Under the pieces are notes generated by a model, which was not told the DNA's origin, searched no databases, and was given only the letters and a program-made list of their open reading frames with translations. The translations under genes and the position numbers were made by a program. Positions 1-13,085 of a stretch of DNA of 64,000 nucleotides are shown piece after piece. Position 1 is the first letter of the stretch, and the number at the start of each line of letters is the position of its first letter. The DNA is from Octopus vulgaris (Eukaryota). Location: positions 160,890,001-160,954,000 of the forward strand of contig OX597817.1 in NCBI GenBank assembly GCA_951406725.2, given 5' to 3'.

Positions 1-12
1 CGTGATTTCTTA

Positions 13-243
13 TTTCTTTATTGCCCACAAGGGGCTAAACACAGAGGGGACAAACAAGGACAGACAAAGGGATTAAGTCGATTACAACGACCCCACAGCG
101 TAACTGGTACTTATTTAATCGACCCCCGAAAGGATGAAAGGCTAAGTCGACCTCGTCGGAATTTGAACTCAGAACGTAAAGACGGACAAAATACGATAAG
201 CATTTCGCCCGGCGCGCTAACGTTTCTGCCAGCTCGCTGCCTT
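13..243 (-). mobile_element. tRNA-derived SINE with Nin/Deu-like core (family N)
   Basis: Reverse complement reads aaggcagcgagctggcagaaacgttagc...gagttcaaattcc (A/B boxes), then the gtcgac..gcctttcatcctttcggggtcgat core. More than 10 copies occur in the window. Confidence 0.85.
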
Positions 244-2060
244 CTGGTCCGTGATTTCTGCAATCTTAGTAGAGCTATTAATGAAGAATTCGGAAAGAAG
301 AATTCTGTCTGTTGCCAATTTCTCTACGGTAAGATTATCAGATTCATTTTAGATGCGCGGTTATGACAACTTTTGTAACTGTGAAATACATAAAGTCTTA
401 CATTAAGATTTCATTTCATCCTCCAAATTTTAAGCATTGATATTTTGCATTCTTCCTTCATTGGCCTGATCAATAACGTCATTGATGACCGTTGATACTA
501 TTTCTTAATCAAATTCCAAGAAATCATTGCATGCTTCTGACCATAGCTTTTTCCAAACTTTATTCATGCAGTTATAATGTACTTCGTCCCGAAATGATTT
601 GATATTAACCATGCACTTTTATGGTAGTTTTTCAAAAAAAAAAATTCCTGATATATTGTTTATTCTTGGTCCTCCGCTTCTTCAACAAGTTCTTTGAGAG
701 TAAAATGAAGTTAGCAGGTCTTTATACTAAAAATTACACCCTCGGTTGCAGTCAGGATGTGATTTTTGGTGACAAGTAAACTACTTCGATTGTAATGCCG
801 ACATGATGACTGTCTAGATTCTGGGGTAACCTGTTATATATGCCAGACAAGTTTTTGATTCTTAAATCATAAATAGAGGATGTTCGCATTGTCCTCGCTC
901 TTCTGAATAATGAACTAGCATCGGTTTCAGCTTAAATTTCTTGAAGTATTACTGCCAAGTAGCAGTTTTAAACAGCTTTTAACTCAGAAGTGTTTTTCCG
1001 TCTCGAGGGATGAACGCGCAGGTTGGCACGCTTTTCCAGAAAAAAACTTGTTTAATCTAGATCGAATATTACTTAGGGAGAGTAGCTGCTACACTCGATG
1101 ATACTCTAAAGAATATGAGGAAATTTCTTGGTTGCCTGAGTGTCAACACATGCAACCGCATAAGACACGCCGATAGTTTGAATGTCATGTAATCGATTGA
1201 ATCTACGAAACCAACCTCAGCTAGCTGTGGATGCTCTTCAATTATAATAATAATATAATATAATAATAATGAAATTATTGTATACAGTGCTCAGGTGCAC
1301 CACAACTTGTCAAAAAGTGCGTATAAAGTATATGCAGTAATGTACGAATGTCTGGAAAGCGAACAGTGTATGAGTCAGATACATGCTTGCATCTGTATGG
1401 AGGGGAGAAAATCAGGTGTAGTGTTGGTGAATCTCAGGAAGCATGGAAGTTTTGAAGGATGCAGTGCTCCGACAACTAACAACTGATGCCGGCAGTCTGT
1501 TCCATGCTTCAGCAACTCTTAGCGTGAAAAAAAAAATCTTTTCTATATTTTTTTCTGTTAAGTATCTAAAGTTGCTCCTTATATATTTTCCTACTATAAT
1601 AAATTGGCGTAAAGAAATTGTTGTACATCGTCATCGGCGCATACAACTAGCATATTTTTACCGTTTCCGCAAAATTTACTCTTTGAACAAGTCATCTTTT
1701 TTTCGCTGATAACCAGGTCGTCATAGAAAGAGTCATCTTAAGGTAAATGTTGTAAGTGCTGATGCACTGGAGCCAATGTGACCCATTGAATCCACGAGTC
1801 CCTTGGAGAGGGCATGTGAGAAAACAGTTTAACAATTTACCAGTCATAATGTCCGGCCCCATGAGCATCTAAAGATGGCCCTCATTATGGCAGAAATTAC
1901 TAATTTGTCCCTATTTTCTATGATGGTTTTCGTCGTAGATGTGCTCAAGTTTAAACACCCACATACGTCCGTTGCTCGTTATCTTCTGTTCACCTCAACA
2001 GTTGTCTATTCATATCTTGTGCTTTTTCACGGTTCCTTAAATGAAGATACATCACTTGGT
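244..2060 (-). pseudogene. Degraded Tigger/pogo (Tc1/mariner superfamily) transposase remnant, interrupted by a CR1 3' end
   Basis: Minus-strand fragments: IFDLD*TSFFWKSVPTCAFI (cf. IFNxDETGLFWKxMP) ~1010-1075; MNKVWKKLW ~540-570; HTH-like ATDVCGCLNLSTSTTKTIIENRDKL ~1900-1975. Many stops and frameshifts; boundaries approximate. Confidence 0.55.
1243..1535 (-). mobile_element. CR1/L2-type LINE 3' end
   Basis: Minus strand encodes FFTLRVAEAWNRLPASVVSCRSTASFK (CR1-type ORF2 C-terminal motif), then a 3' UTR and a short (TTA)n tail. Confidence 0.7.
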
Positions 2061-2972
2061 ATTGCAAATCGTTTTACACTTACGAATGGCAAAAAAAAAA
2101 AAAAAAAATACTGCGTGAAATTTTCGTGTGTAAACTGTGGCATAGCTAAAGCGCGTGTGCGAACCGGAGCAGCCCTTGAGTATGTCACATGCTTGGGGCT
2201 TATACAGAAGACTCAAAAGAACCCAAAAGTGTCGTCCGGGGCAGAATGCCCTTCGCCCATCCTCTGCCAGCTACGCTAACGGTTGTAAAGTAGAATGTGA
2301 ATTATATTTCCTTACATCTTAGCATAAAATCATAATAATGATGCAGTACTATCCCAACAAAAATACTATCTCCAAGAAAGACAAATGAACACTGTTGCGA
2401 ACCAGGTCAAAACAGGGGAGCGATAAGCGAAGCATTATTCCATATCCAACATGGGTTTCATCTCTATACATTTAGTATAGTTTACGGATACTAATGTCTG
2501 TATGTGAGTATGTGTGAATCTTATGTTCCAGTGCACATTTATACCAACATGATATTTTGGTGTGTGTGTGTGTGTGTGTGTGTGAGCACAGTCCTTTCTT
2601 CACATAAAAAAAAAAGTAACAGAAAAGTGAACAATAGTTTTCTTTCCCCTATTTCTTACGAACTGGTCCCAGAAACCCTAAAAAGAGCCCAACCGAATGT
2701 ATAATTGTTCATTCGAACTATTATATTTGTCAGGATTAAAAAGTTAAACTTCGAGACAACGAGGAATTCTCTACAGTCTCAAGGCCTGTTAGAAACAACA
2801 ACCACATTTCCTTTGAGTGATGCCCTTAAAATGACTAAATTAGTTTGGTAATAGGTGCACAAAAAATAAATGAGTCGGTCACTACTGGAACGCCTTTGAT
2901 CATAGGTCTGTAAGACAATGACAAACTTGGAACTGAACAACAACAAATGGATGAAGGAGCGTCAATACTCAC

Positions 2973-3012
2973 TTGCCAGCAGTCCAACCGTAAAAAGGAA
3001 TACTCTCTCCAT
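2973..3012 (-). CDS. Candidate first coding exon of a host secreted/membrane protein (signal-peptide-like MERVFLFTVGLLA, phase-1 intron); rest of gene would lie left of the window
   Basis: Minus strand gccATGG (strong Kozak context), 13 mostly hydrophobic codons plus 1 nt, then a consensus donor A|GTGAGT. Very short, with no homology support. Confidence 0.4.
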
Positions 3013-3074
3013 GGCTAAAAGGGTTTTCTTAATGCAGAGTCGTCCTCAAGTTACAATAATAAATATTCAGTGAG

Positions 3075-3083
3075 GTCACGTGA
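3075..3083. promoter_or_regulatory. E-box / CLEAR-like motif GTCACGTGA
   Basis: Palindromic TCACGTGA about 63 bp upstream of the candidate ATG at 3012; resembles the MiT/TFE (TFEB/MITF)/USF site. Confidence 0.3.
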
Positions 3084-3407
3084 ATAGCCAGCTGTTCTTG
3101 AGAAAGTTTAACAACTCTGACATCTGCCCATTGAATTTTTTATCATCTCTGATAACATGATACATAGCGATATTGTTTGAAAACGACACGGTAAATATTT
3201 CATATTTGTTCATTAAATTGCTGGAAGGTGCGAAAGTTGTCGTCACGGATCTTGTTGTTGTGCTGCTGTTTCACCCCCAGAACAGTATTGATCGAACAGA
3301 GACCTATGATCGTTTCAGCTGGAATCATCTCACCCTTTTTTAAGATTTTTACTTTTTATTTTTAACTATTTGCAGGTTACCCAGGACCTCATTATCCAAC
3401 AGCATAG

Positions 3408-3790
3408 TGGATGGAAGCACTCCGTCGGTTACGACGATGAGGGTTCGGTTGATCCGAATCAACGGAACAGCCTGCTCGTGAAATTAACGTGTAAGTGGCT
3501 GAGCACTCCACAGACACGTGCACCCTTAACGTAGTTCTCGGGGATATTCAGCGTGACACAGAGAGTGACAAGGCCGGCCCCTTGAAATACAGGTACAACA
3601 GAAACAGGAAGTAAGAGTGAGAGAAAGTTGTGGTGAAAGAGTACAGCAGGGATCACCACCATCCCCTGCCGGAGCCTCGTGGAGCTTTTTAGGTGTTTTC
3701 GCTCAATAAACATTCACAACACCCGGTCTGGGAATTGAAACCGCGATCCTATGACCGCGAGTCCACTGCCCTAACCACTGGGCCATTGCA
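3408..3790 (-). mobile_element. tRNA-derived SINE family A (ggaggcgcaatggcccagtgg... head; OR-like)
   Basis: Near-identical to copies at 13527-13913, 54751-55106 and 62198-62583; tRNA-like head and ttccatcca tail. Confidence 0.85.
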
Positions 3791-4017
3791 TAGTATGGTA
3801 GTGTAGTAAGACAACAGAGTAACGCCGTTAGAAGGAGAGTTTCGGAAGGTAAAATAGGAAGATGGAATACTGTAACAGAATAAATAAAGGGAAGTTAAAA
3901 AAAGTTTAAAGCAATTAAGAACAAGACAAAAGATGGAAAGTTTTTAGAATTTTTTTTACCATTATCCAACGTCTCCTGTTTTTCTGAAATTAAGGTGAGA
4001 TTGCCCTCAGCCTGTTG

Positions 4018-4037
4018 GGCCTTTGTGGCCAATAAAA

Positions 4038-4093
<56 letters not shown>

Positions 4094-4106
4094 CATTATT
4101 ATTATT
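4018..4106. repeat. (TTA)n microsatellite
   Basis: Direct. Confidence 0.95.
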
Positions 4107-4325
4107 AAGGCGGCGTGCTGACAGAATCGTTAGCACGCCGAGCGAAATGCTTAGCGATATTTCGCCTGTCGCTACGTTCTGAGTTCAAATTCCGCCGAGG
4201 TCGACTTTGCCTTTCATCCTTTCGGGGAGACAAATTAAGTACCAGTCAAGTACTGGGATCGATGTGATCGATTGTCCCCTTCCTCACAAAAATCCAGGCC
4301 TTGTGCCTATAGTAGAAAGGATTAT
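4107..4325 (+). mobile_element. SINE family N
   Basis: aaggcggcg...gagttcaaattccgccgaggtcgactttgcctttcatcctttcgggg core. Confidence 0.8.
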
Positions 4326-4698
4326 TATTGTTGTTGTTGTTAATAATAATATTATAAGTAACATCATCATCATCATCATTATCATCATTATCATTACCAT
4401 CATTATCATCGCCATCAATGGCTTGCGGACTGATCCCCCAAAACTCAAATTTGACAGTAGCAGCACAGATGAAGACCGAAAAAATTAGGACAAACATACA
4501 GGTCAACTACAACAATACAACAATAACTACAGGAACTAGAACAGGAACTAGTCAAATACAACAATAACTACAGGAACTAGAACAACAACAACAATAATAA
4601 CTAAGAAATCAACAAAAACCACCAACGCCAACGAAAGCAATAGCCACAACAACAGCAACAACAGCAAAAATCTATCAAGACATAAACAACAGCAGCAG

Positions 4699-4890
4699 TG
4701 GAGGCGCAATGGCCCAGTGGTTAGGGCAGCGGACTCGCGGTCGTAAGAACGCAGTTTTGATTCCCGGTCCAGGTATTGTGAGTGTTTATTGAGCAAAAAC
4801 GCCTAAGCTCCACGAGGCTCCGGCGGAGGGTGGTGGTGAACCCTACTGTACTCTTTCACCACAACTTTCTATCACTCTTCTTTTCTACTT
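4699..4890 (+). mobile_element. SINE family A, 5' part
   Basis: ggaggcgcaatggcccagtggttagggcagcggactcgcgg head; truncated. Confidence 0.75.
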
Positions 4891-5173
4891 TTGCTACAAA
4901 GCAGAGGAACCATGGTGTAACCCACTATGGTGTGGTAAACTTTCAGACCCTAGTCTAGATTGCAAATCCTCTGTACCCCAGGATGGTTCAGCTCTCCACC
5001 CGCTAAAAGCCACCGTTTACGGAATGAGTATAATAACCGCGCAAGTGCAACCGCCAGTCTATCGTGTGTGATGGGCAGATCTTCAAGTTGCTACACGCAT
5101 TCTTAGTAGCATAGAGTAGGCTCGAATTAGAGATTATTCTCTGTGGCTAATGGCGTGAGTCCTGATTGGAAAA

Positions 5174-5280
5174 AGAAGAAGAAGAAGAAGAAGAAGAAGA
5201 AGAAGAAGAAGAAGAAGAAGAAGAAGAAGAAGAAGAAGAAGAAGAAGAAGAAGAAGAAGAAGAAGAAGAAGAAGAAGAAG
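5174..5280. repeat. (GAA)n microsatellite
   Basis: Direct. Confidence 0.95.
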
Positions 5281-5798
5281 ACGATGGGGAGGATAATATA
5301 AATTATCCAAATGAGGGGTAGACCGCAAGCTACTTATACCTTGATTATATGAAGTTTACATTGCCGTTGGTACTTTTTACGCATTTCGATCGAATCCCCA
5401 ACGAGTTAACATGGGATCTACCATCAACAATATAAACTTCATATAATCAAATTATCCTTGGCCTAAAGAGTAGCTTGTGATCTACCCCTCGTTTAGATAG
5501 CTGACTACTTCCGAGGATCCGTTAGCCTGGATTTTATCTCCTCCATTCCCTAACTTTTGGATGTTTATCCGCATATACAACAACCCTCGTTTGCTAACCG
5601 TGAACTATAAAATTAACTTTTTTCAGCTTATTTTACCTCGATATGGGGAAAATTCACAACCCTCTGCTCCAATAAACCATTGTTGATCCTGTAAGTTGTG
5701 TTTTTTTATATCTTCTACGGACTAACTTCCGGCACCTTGATCCTAGGATCTCGCCTATCTCTCTCTCTACACACACACATATGATTGTGTGTGTGTGT

Positions 5799-5851
<53 letters not shown>

Positions 5852-5896
5852 TGTGTGTGTGTTTGAAAACATGAGTAGAGATAGCTTATATATATA

Positions 5897-6415
5897 TACG
5901 TCTGGCTTCTTTCAGTTTCCGTCTACTAAATCCACTCACAAGGCTTTGGTCTGCCCGAGGCTATAGTAGAAGACACTTGCCCAAGGTTCCGGAACCATGT
6001 GATTGGTAAGCACGCTACTTACCACACAGCCACTCCTGCTCCGTGTATGTATGTATATATATATATATATACACACACACATAAATATGTGTAAATATAT
6101 ATATATATATATATTTACACATATTTATGTGTGTATGTATGTGTGTGCGGTTGTGTGTGTGTGTGTGTGTGTGTTTGAGTGTGTATGTATATTTCTTTGA
6201 CTTTCTCCCTACCCCACTGATTTTGACAACCGGTGTTGGTTTGTTTACATCCCCGTAACTTCGCGGTTCAGTCAAAGAAACAAATAGAATATATATTCCC
6301 CCACAACCATCACCACCAAACTATAAAAAAAAAAATATGTACTGAGGGCAATTTGTTCGACTATAACTTTTCAAGGCAGTATCCCAGCACGGTCGCAGTC
6401 CAGTGACTGAAAAGA
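5897..6415. mobile_element. Fragments of CORE-like SINE family C (5' part on -, 3' part on +)
   Basis: Match the full copy at 18503-18920. Confidence 0.7.
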
Positions 6416-7353
6416 ATAAAATAAAATAAAATAAAATAAAATAAAATAAAATAAAGATAAGGTGAGCGATCCTCACCCACTTTGCTTGAATAATTATAAC
6501 GATTACAATTCAACATTCGGTGTTATATTTCCCTGAATTGTTGCCGTTCATATCGATTTTATTGTTGTAATATAGAGATAAGTTCTTAATTGTTTGTTCT
6601 ATTAATAGTATAATAATGTACGTAAAACGTAAAGTGTACTAGTCATCTAAATGTGGCTAGCCACTGGGGGTGGGGTGTTACTGACGCTTTTAGCCCCAGG
6701 AGATCGACGTCTCCAGCTGGCCTTAGACACAATTTCAGTGTCCTTGTGTTATTTGCAAAGGGAGGTCATCCTCCCTCGAAAACCTAAGTGATACATACGG
6801 ACTATAGTTTCAAGGTTTTTGCCTCTCGTCAACGCATGGTAAACATCGGTTTTTGATGAAGGAGACCTTTGCAAATAATATTTAACGTTTTTCCCAGCAA
6901 CCACAGTCACTGATTTAGAAAAACTGTCTGAAAGCCCCACCCCCAGTGGCTAGCCACATTCAGATGGCTAGTACACTTTACGTTGTCGAGCGGTTACTGT
7001 TTATATCTCGTTCGGAGATTTATTAATGCTTTCAGACAGTTTTTGGTGAATGTGAGATTTTGATGCGACCACATTCACCAAAGGTTGTCCACGGAATGAG
7101 GTCTAGTAAAAATGTAGCAACAGTATTGGCCGTGCCTCCAGCGTGACCACAGCACGCACGCAGTCTGACACATGCAAAAGTGTATCAATTTACACACACC
7201 AAACTGCAACCAACGACATACAGACACCAGCCTACAGATCAAACTCTTAACTGCACCAACTTGGGATAGATTTTGAAAAAAAACTAAAACAATTATTTTT
7301 CGTAGCTGTTAAAGCCCGTCAGGAATTTACAAGACCATTTAGATCTGAGCTTA

Positions 7354-7869
7354 CCGTAAATCCTAGAGTATAGTCCGCCCTTGAGTATAATACGCAGGAG
7401 ATTTTTAGGGAGCTGTACCGCTGAAAAATATAAACCTTGTGTATAATACGCACTCCTTCTCTAACTTGAGTCAAGGAGGTCTATATAACGTCCTTGGTTT
7501 GTAAAAATGTATACAGTAATGTCCTTTGTTATTATTGGACATATAACATAATGCAAATGTGTAGCTTTTTTGTGCATTTTGTTTGCAGAAAATAAAAAAA
7601 AAATAACAGTAATAACGTTTAGTAAATGTTGCTTACTGCAAGTTATGGATGATTCTTTTATGACTTCATTGCTTTCAGGCTTAGCTTAAGGTATTTTCGC
7701 GCCCGACATCGCAAAATGCTTCTGAATAAACATTGCCGGACAGCAAATAGAGACTCGGGCATTGCTTAGAAAATAATTTTCATTTTTAACCTCGTATATA
7801 GTACGCACAAGGGATTTTGACCTTTAAATTTTTGGAAAAAAAATGCGGATTATACTCGAGGATTTACGG
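7354..7869. mobile_element. Non-autonomous Tc1/mariner (Tc2/pogo-like) MITE
   Basis: TIRs ccgtaaatcctagagtatagtccgc / gcggattatactcgaggatttacgg, TA on both flanks (7352-53, 7870-71), subterminal gtataatacgca repeats, no ORF. Confidence 0.8.
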
Positions 7870-8341
7870 TAATTGGATTTCTGTGGAGGTTCGACGACGG
7901 AAAATAGTACAAAATTCTCAAACGAAAGATGCCAATCTCGGTGTTTCTGGGCATTCTTCCAGCTGTTTCTAGCATCCATGTAAAACCAAATGCAGGATGA
8001 GGCAACGTGAAACTGAAATGCTATGCTCAGGAACACAACGCGCGCCACCCGATCAGAGAATCGAACTCACGATCCAACGATCGGTAGTTAACCCCACCCC
8101 CAACACATATCATTGTGCAACACTCTTATTAAAAATTGCGGCTATCTCTGGATTATTATTCCCTTCTGACAAGATGCATCGGGAAAAAAATTGTTGTTAC
8201 GTCTTGTCATTGTTCAGAGGCCGTTCACCCGGTCTGGCAATCATTTTTGCTCCCAAGTGTTTCTCTCATGTCATAAGTTTTCCATGTAAGTGCGGTGTGT
8301 GTGTATGCTTGCGTCTGCGAACGTGTGCGTACGTACTTACG

Positions 8342-8381
<40 letters not shown>

Positions 8382-8526
8382 TGTGTGTGGAAGCGTGTGT
8401 GTGGAAGCGCGTGTGTACATGTGAGTACGTGTGTGTGTGTGTGTACGTGTGCGTGGCGGCTTCTCACATCAAGGCCGACTTTCAAGTGTTATTTACAGCA
8501 AATATTTCTTTGTGGTTTGTGCATAC

Positions 8527-8634
<108 letters not shown>

Positions 8635-8855
8635 TAGTTCACTCAACTACACAGTGCACTGACAGTATTGCTTGATCATCGGGGGGGAAAATGCTATGTT
8701 TCAGCCCTTCACATTCTGAATTCAAAATTTCGCTGAAGTCCATCTTGTCTTTTGTTGCTTGATAAAAGTATCAGACAAGTCCTGGAACCGTGTGCATCGA
8801 CTTAACTCCTCCTCTCAAATTTGTTGGCCATTTATTCCCCAATCGGAAATCATAA

Positions 8856-9240
8856 AGCTGCAAGCTGATAGAATCATTAACGCGTCGGACAAAATGCTTA
8901 GCCGCATTTCGTTACTACCCACAAGGGGCTAAACACAGAGGGGACAAACAAGGACAGACATAGGTATTAAGTCGATTACATCGACTCCAGTGCGTAACTG
9001 GTACTTAATTTATCGACCCCGAAAGGATGAAAGGCAAAGTCGACCTCGGCGGAATTTGAACTCACAACGTAACGACAGACGAAATACGGCTACGCATTTC
9101 GCCCGGCGTGCTAACGTTTCTGCCAGCTCGCCTGTTGAGTACTAGGGTCGATGTAATAAATACCTGTTGAGTACTAGGGTCGATGTAATCGGCTAGCCCC
9201 CACCTACTAAATTTCAGATGATATATCTGAAGTAGAAAGA
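8856..9240. mobile_element. Nested family N SINEs (- copy ~8913-9133 within a degenerate + copy)
   Basis: Core motif on the - strand; tandemly duplicated cctgttgagtactagggtcgatgtaat follows it. Confidence 0.7.
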
Positions 9241-9256
9241 ATCGTATGCGCTTGTA

Positions 9257-10654
9257 TTGGGTTGTCTGGAAAGTTCGTGCCGATTTATAGCAGCTTACCT
9301 TTCAACTTATTTTAGAACATGGTTGAGTCCATAAAATAGGATTTGACTACACCTCCATTTAGAGCACAGTTTAAGCTATCTTTTCGTGGAAAAAGGTTTA
9401 TGTTCCTATAACCTGTGTTAATTCTGTAACCCTTTAAAATGGAAGATAAGAAAGTTCGTTTTCGGCACTTGATGATTTTCTTTTTTCGTAAAGGGAAAAA
9501 TGCCTCACAAGCAACCAAAGAAATATGCGCAGTTTACGGTGATGTTTCTTTATCCGAAAGAACTGTACGGAAGTGGTTCGCAAGGTTCCGAGCTGGAAAT
9601 TGTAGCCTTATTGATAAAGAGCGATCAGATAGACCATCCACTACAGATGATGATCAAATCAAGTCATTAATTGAGAATAACCCACATTGCACAACCCGAG
9701 AATTGGCAGAAAGCCTCAACCTATCAAAATCCGTCGTTCATGAGCACCTGGTAAAGCTTGGGTAAAGTCACTACGATGTTTGGGTACCACATGAGTTGAG
9801 TGAGAAGAATTTTTTGATCGCATTTCCATCTGTGATTCGCTTTATAAACGGAACGAAAACGCGCCTTTTTTAAAGCAAATTGTGACGGGTGATGAGAAAT
9901 GGATTATCTAGCGAAACGTTCAGAGAAAGCGATCCTGGAGTAAGCGACATGAGCCACCCTTAGCCACCCCAAAAGCGGGTCTTCACCCTAAAACGTCTTG
10001 CTTTGTGTCTGGTGGGATTGGAAAGGAATTCTGTACTATGAGCTTCTCCCAAGTAACCAGACAATTAATTCTGAGAAATACTGCACGAGTTGTGTGCAGT
10101 ATTTCTCAGAATTAATTGTCTGGTTACTTGGGAGAAGCTCATAGTACAGAATTCCTTTCCAATCCCACCAGACACAAAGCAAGACGTTTTAGGGTGAAGA
10201 CCCGCTTTTGGGGTGGCTAAGGGTGGCAGCAATTCAAGAGAAACGTCCAGAATTGGCCAACAGGAAGGGTATTGCTTTCCAACATGATAATGCAAGACCG
10301 CACGTTTCTTTGGGAACCAGACAAAAATTGCTGCAGCTCGGCTGGGATGTGTTACCCCACCCAGATATTGCTAGATATTGCGCCTTCAGGTTTCCACTAA
10401 TTCAGGTCTCTGCAGAATAGTCTTAATGGTAAAAATTTCAATTCCTTGGATGACGTAAAAAGATACCTTGATGAATTGTTTGCCATGAAACCACCTCAAT
10501 GCTGGGAAGAGGGTATTTTCAAGTTAAAGGAAAGATGGAGACGCATTGTGCAACAAAATGGTTCATATTTGGTCGATTAAAAATGTAATGCTAAGTATTT
10601 ATTGACCCTTTTGCTTTCCTTTAAAAATCGGCACGAATTTTCCGGACAACCCAA
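9257..10654 (+). mobile_element. Full-length mariner element (mellifera-like) with internal inverted duplication
   Basis: TIRs ttgggttgtctggaaagttcgtgccgattt / aaatcggcacgaattttccggacaacccaa, TA TSDs at 9255-56 and 10655-56, 1398 bp. Confidence 0.92.
9439..10581 (+). pseudogene. Mariner DD34D transposase pseudogene
   Basis: MEDKKVRFRHLMIFFFRKGKNASQA... N-terminus, WVPHEL (9781), VTGDEKW (~9881), HDNARPH (~10283), degraded YSPDIAP. Stops, frameshifts and a foldback insertion. Confidence 0.9.
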
Positions 10655-10991
10655 TAGATTGGAGAGCAGGAGAGAGGGCTTGTACATTTGGGATCAGAAT
10701 CTGTGGGGTTCTTTGATTGGGCCAAGTTGGAATTTTCTCCTGCATCAGGAGGGCCGCATCATTCATGTTATCACATATTTTGTACACTACGCAATAATAT
10801 TGTATAATAATACAATATTATTGCGTTAATATGCTCCAACAATAGCTGTGTATTTGTACGTCTTCAGTGGGCTCGAGAGCACTGCTGGATCACCTATAGT
10901 TTCCCATTGTTTTATATGATATTCTATTTTTAGCATTCCATTGACATACATACATACATACATACATACATACATACATACATACATACAT

Positions 10992-12262
10992 AAGTGTTTG
11001 ACTGAAATTTAGCAATCCTTTTGTGTATGGTTCGAAATGTATGTGCAAGGTGAGTGCATTTTTCTTTGAAGATGTCGCTAGTGGTGCCACAATGAACATA
11101 CTCTAGATTTTGTGAGGTTGCATCTTTGTTCGGTGTATTGTTGTTTAGTAATTGTGTGGTGCGTTTTATACAGCTATAGCTGACTTTTAGATTATTTTTG
11201 GTGAATAATTTGTGGTATTTGTGTTTAGTGGGAAAGTGCTTGCTGATTAGTGCTCATAAATCGCGTGCTACGCTGGTTGCTACATTAATGCTAAAGGGCG
11301 GATTGAAGCAGATAATGTTTCTTTTCCCGACTTTCTCCTTTGGTGTGTTTGGGTTGTTTTACCGACGTATTGAAGCTCCTCCTTAAAACCACTTGATTTT
11401 AGGGCTTCGTTGTAGAATGATGCTACTCGGTGGAAGATATCCTTTTAGATGAAATATTTGAGATCCTTTTGTTGAAGTAGCTAACGAACTTTTTTTTCAC
11501 TATGGATGGTATGTGGTTAGAATTTATATTTATGTATGACGGTTTCTCATTGGGCTTTCTGTAGGTGTAGTGTTTTTCCAGTTGTCTCACTCAGCGTACA
11601 TGAAGATAGTTTAGTCTCAGTAGGGTTCTTATACCGATATTTTTAGGTCTAGCTCTTTAAATGTCTTTATTAGATCTTTTCTAAATTTGTCCATCTTGTG
11701 TCCGTCCATGTTTTGGTATACGGCTAAACCTTGTTTCTGTATAGGGCGATTCTGGTCTTGGGGGATATTTCGCTTATATGGTCTATGCTGTATAGTCCTA
11801 CACGTTTACATGTTTCTGCTCTATCGTAGGACACCACGGTGGCATCAATGAGGTCGTCCTCTTCTTTTTCTACCCGGGCTGCGTTGTCATGGAAAAATAC
11901 TTATTTCTCTGACTTCAGTGAGTCTTTTGACGAAGTTTAGTTATTTAAGCAGTCTAGGCTTTGTAGTGGATACGTAGAAATCGACGGTTTCAAGAAGTGT
12001 GAGCCTGAAGAACTTTTTGTTATTTGCTGTTATTCGATGACATTGGTGGCATTATTCCATTGCTTGACTACAGTTACTTGTCGGATTTTTTTGTTCTTTT
12101 TGCCAAGAATTTACGACTTATTTTTCCTAATTCTTCTTTGGTAGGATTCATTAGCCTGCATTGAAGATTGTTCATTAAGTTGGCTTTGTGGTTTTTCAAT
12201 GTTATATAGGCTTCTTTTTGCAAAGTATTCAGTTCTATCGTTTATTTGTTGCTTTGCTGCTG
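10992..12262 (-). pseudogene. Penelope-like element RT / GIY-YIG endonuclease pseudogene fragment
   Basis: Minus strand: SYDRAETCKRVGLY (cf. GSYDGAExCELVGLY), FRKDLIKTFKELDLKI, YRKPNEKPSYININSNH, NIICFNPPFSINVAT..KHFP..KVSYSC (PLE linker), degenerate GIY-YIG region. Flanked by (CATA)n and (TA)n. Confidence 0.8.

Positions 12263-13085
<823 letters not shown>

Noticed and set aside
3459-3713. Recurrent 60-85 aa ORFs (MVVIPAVLFHHNF..., ...[15 protein letters not shown])
   Set aside because: Incidental frames within multi-copy SINEs.
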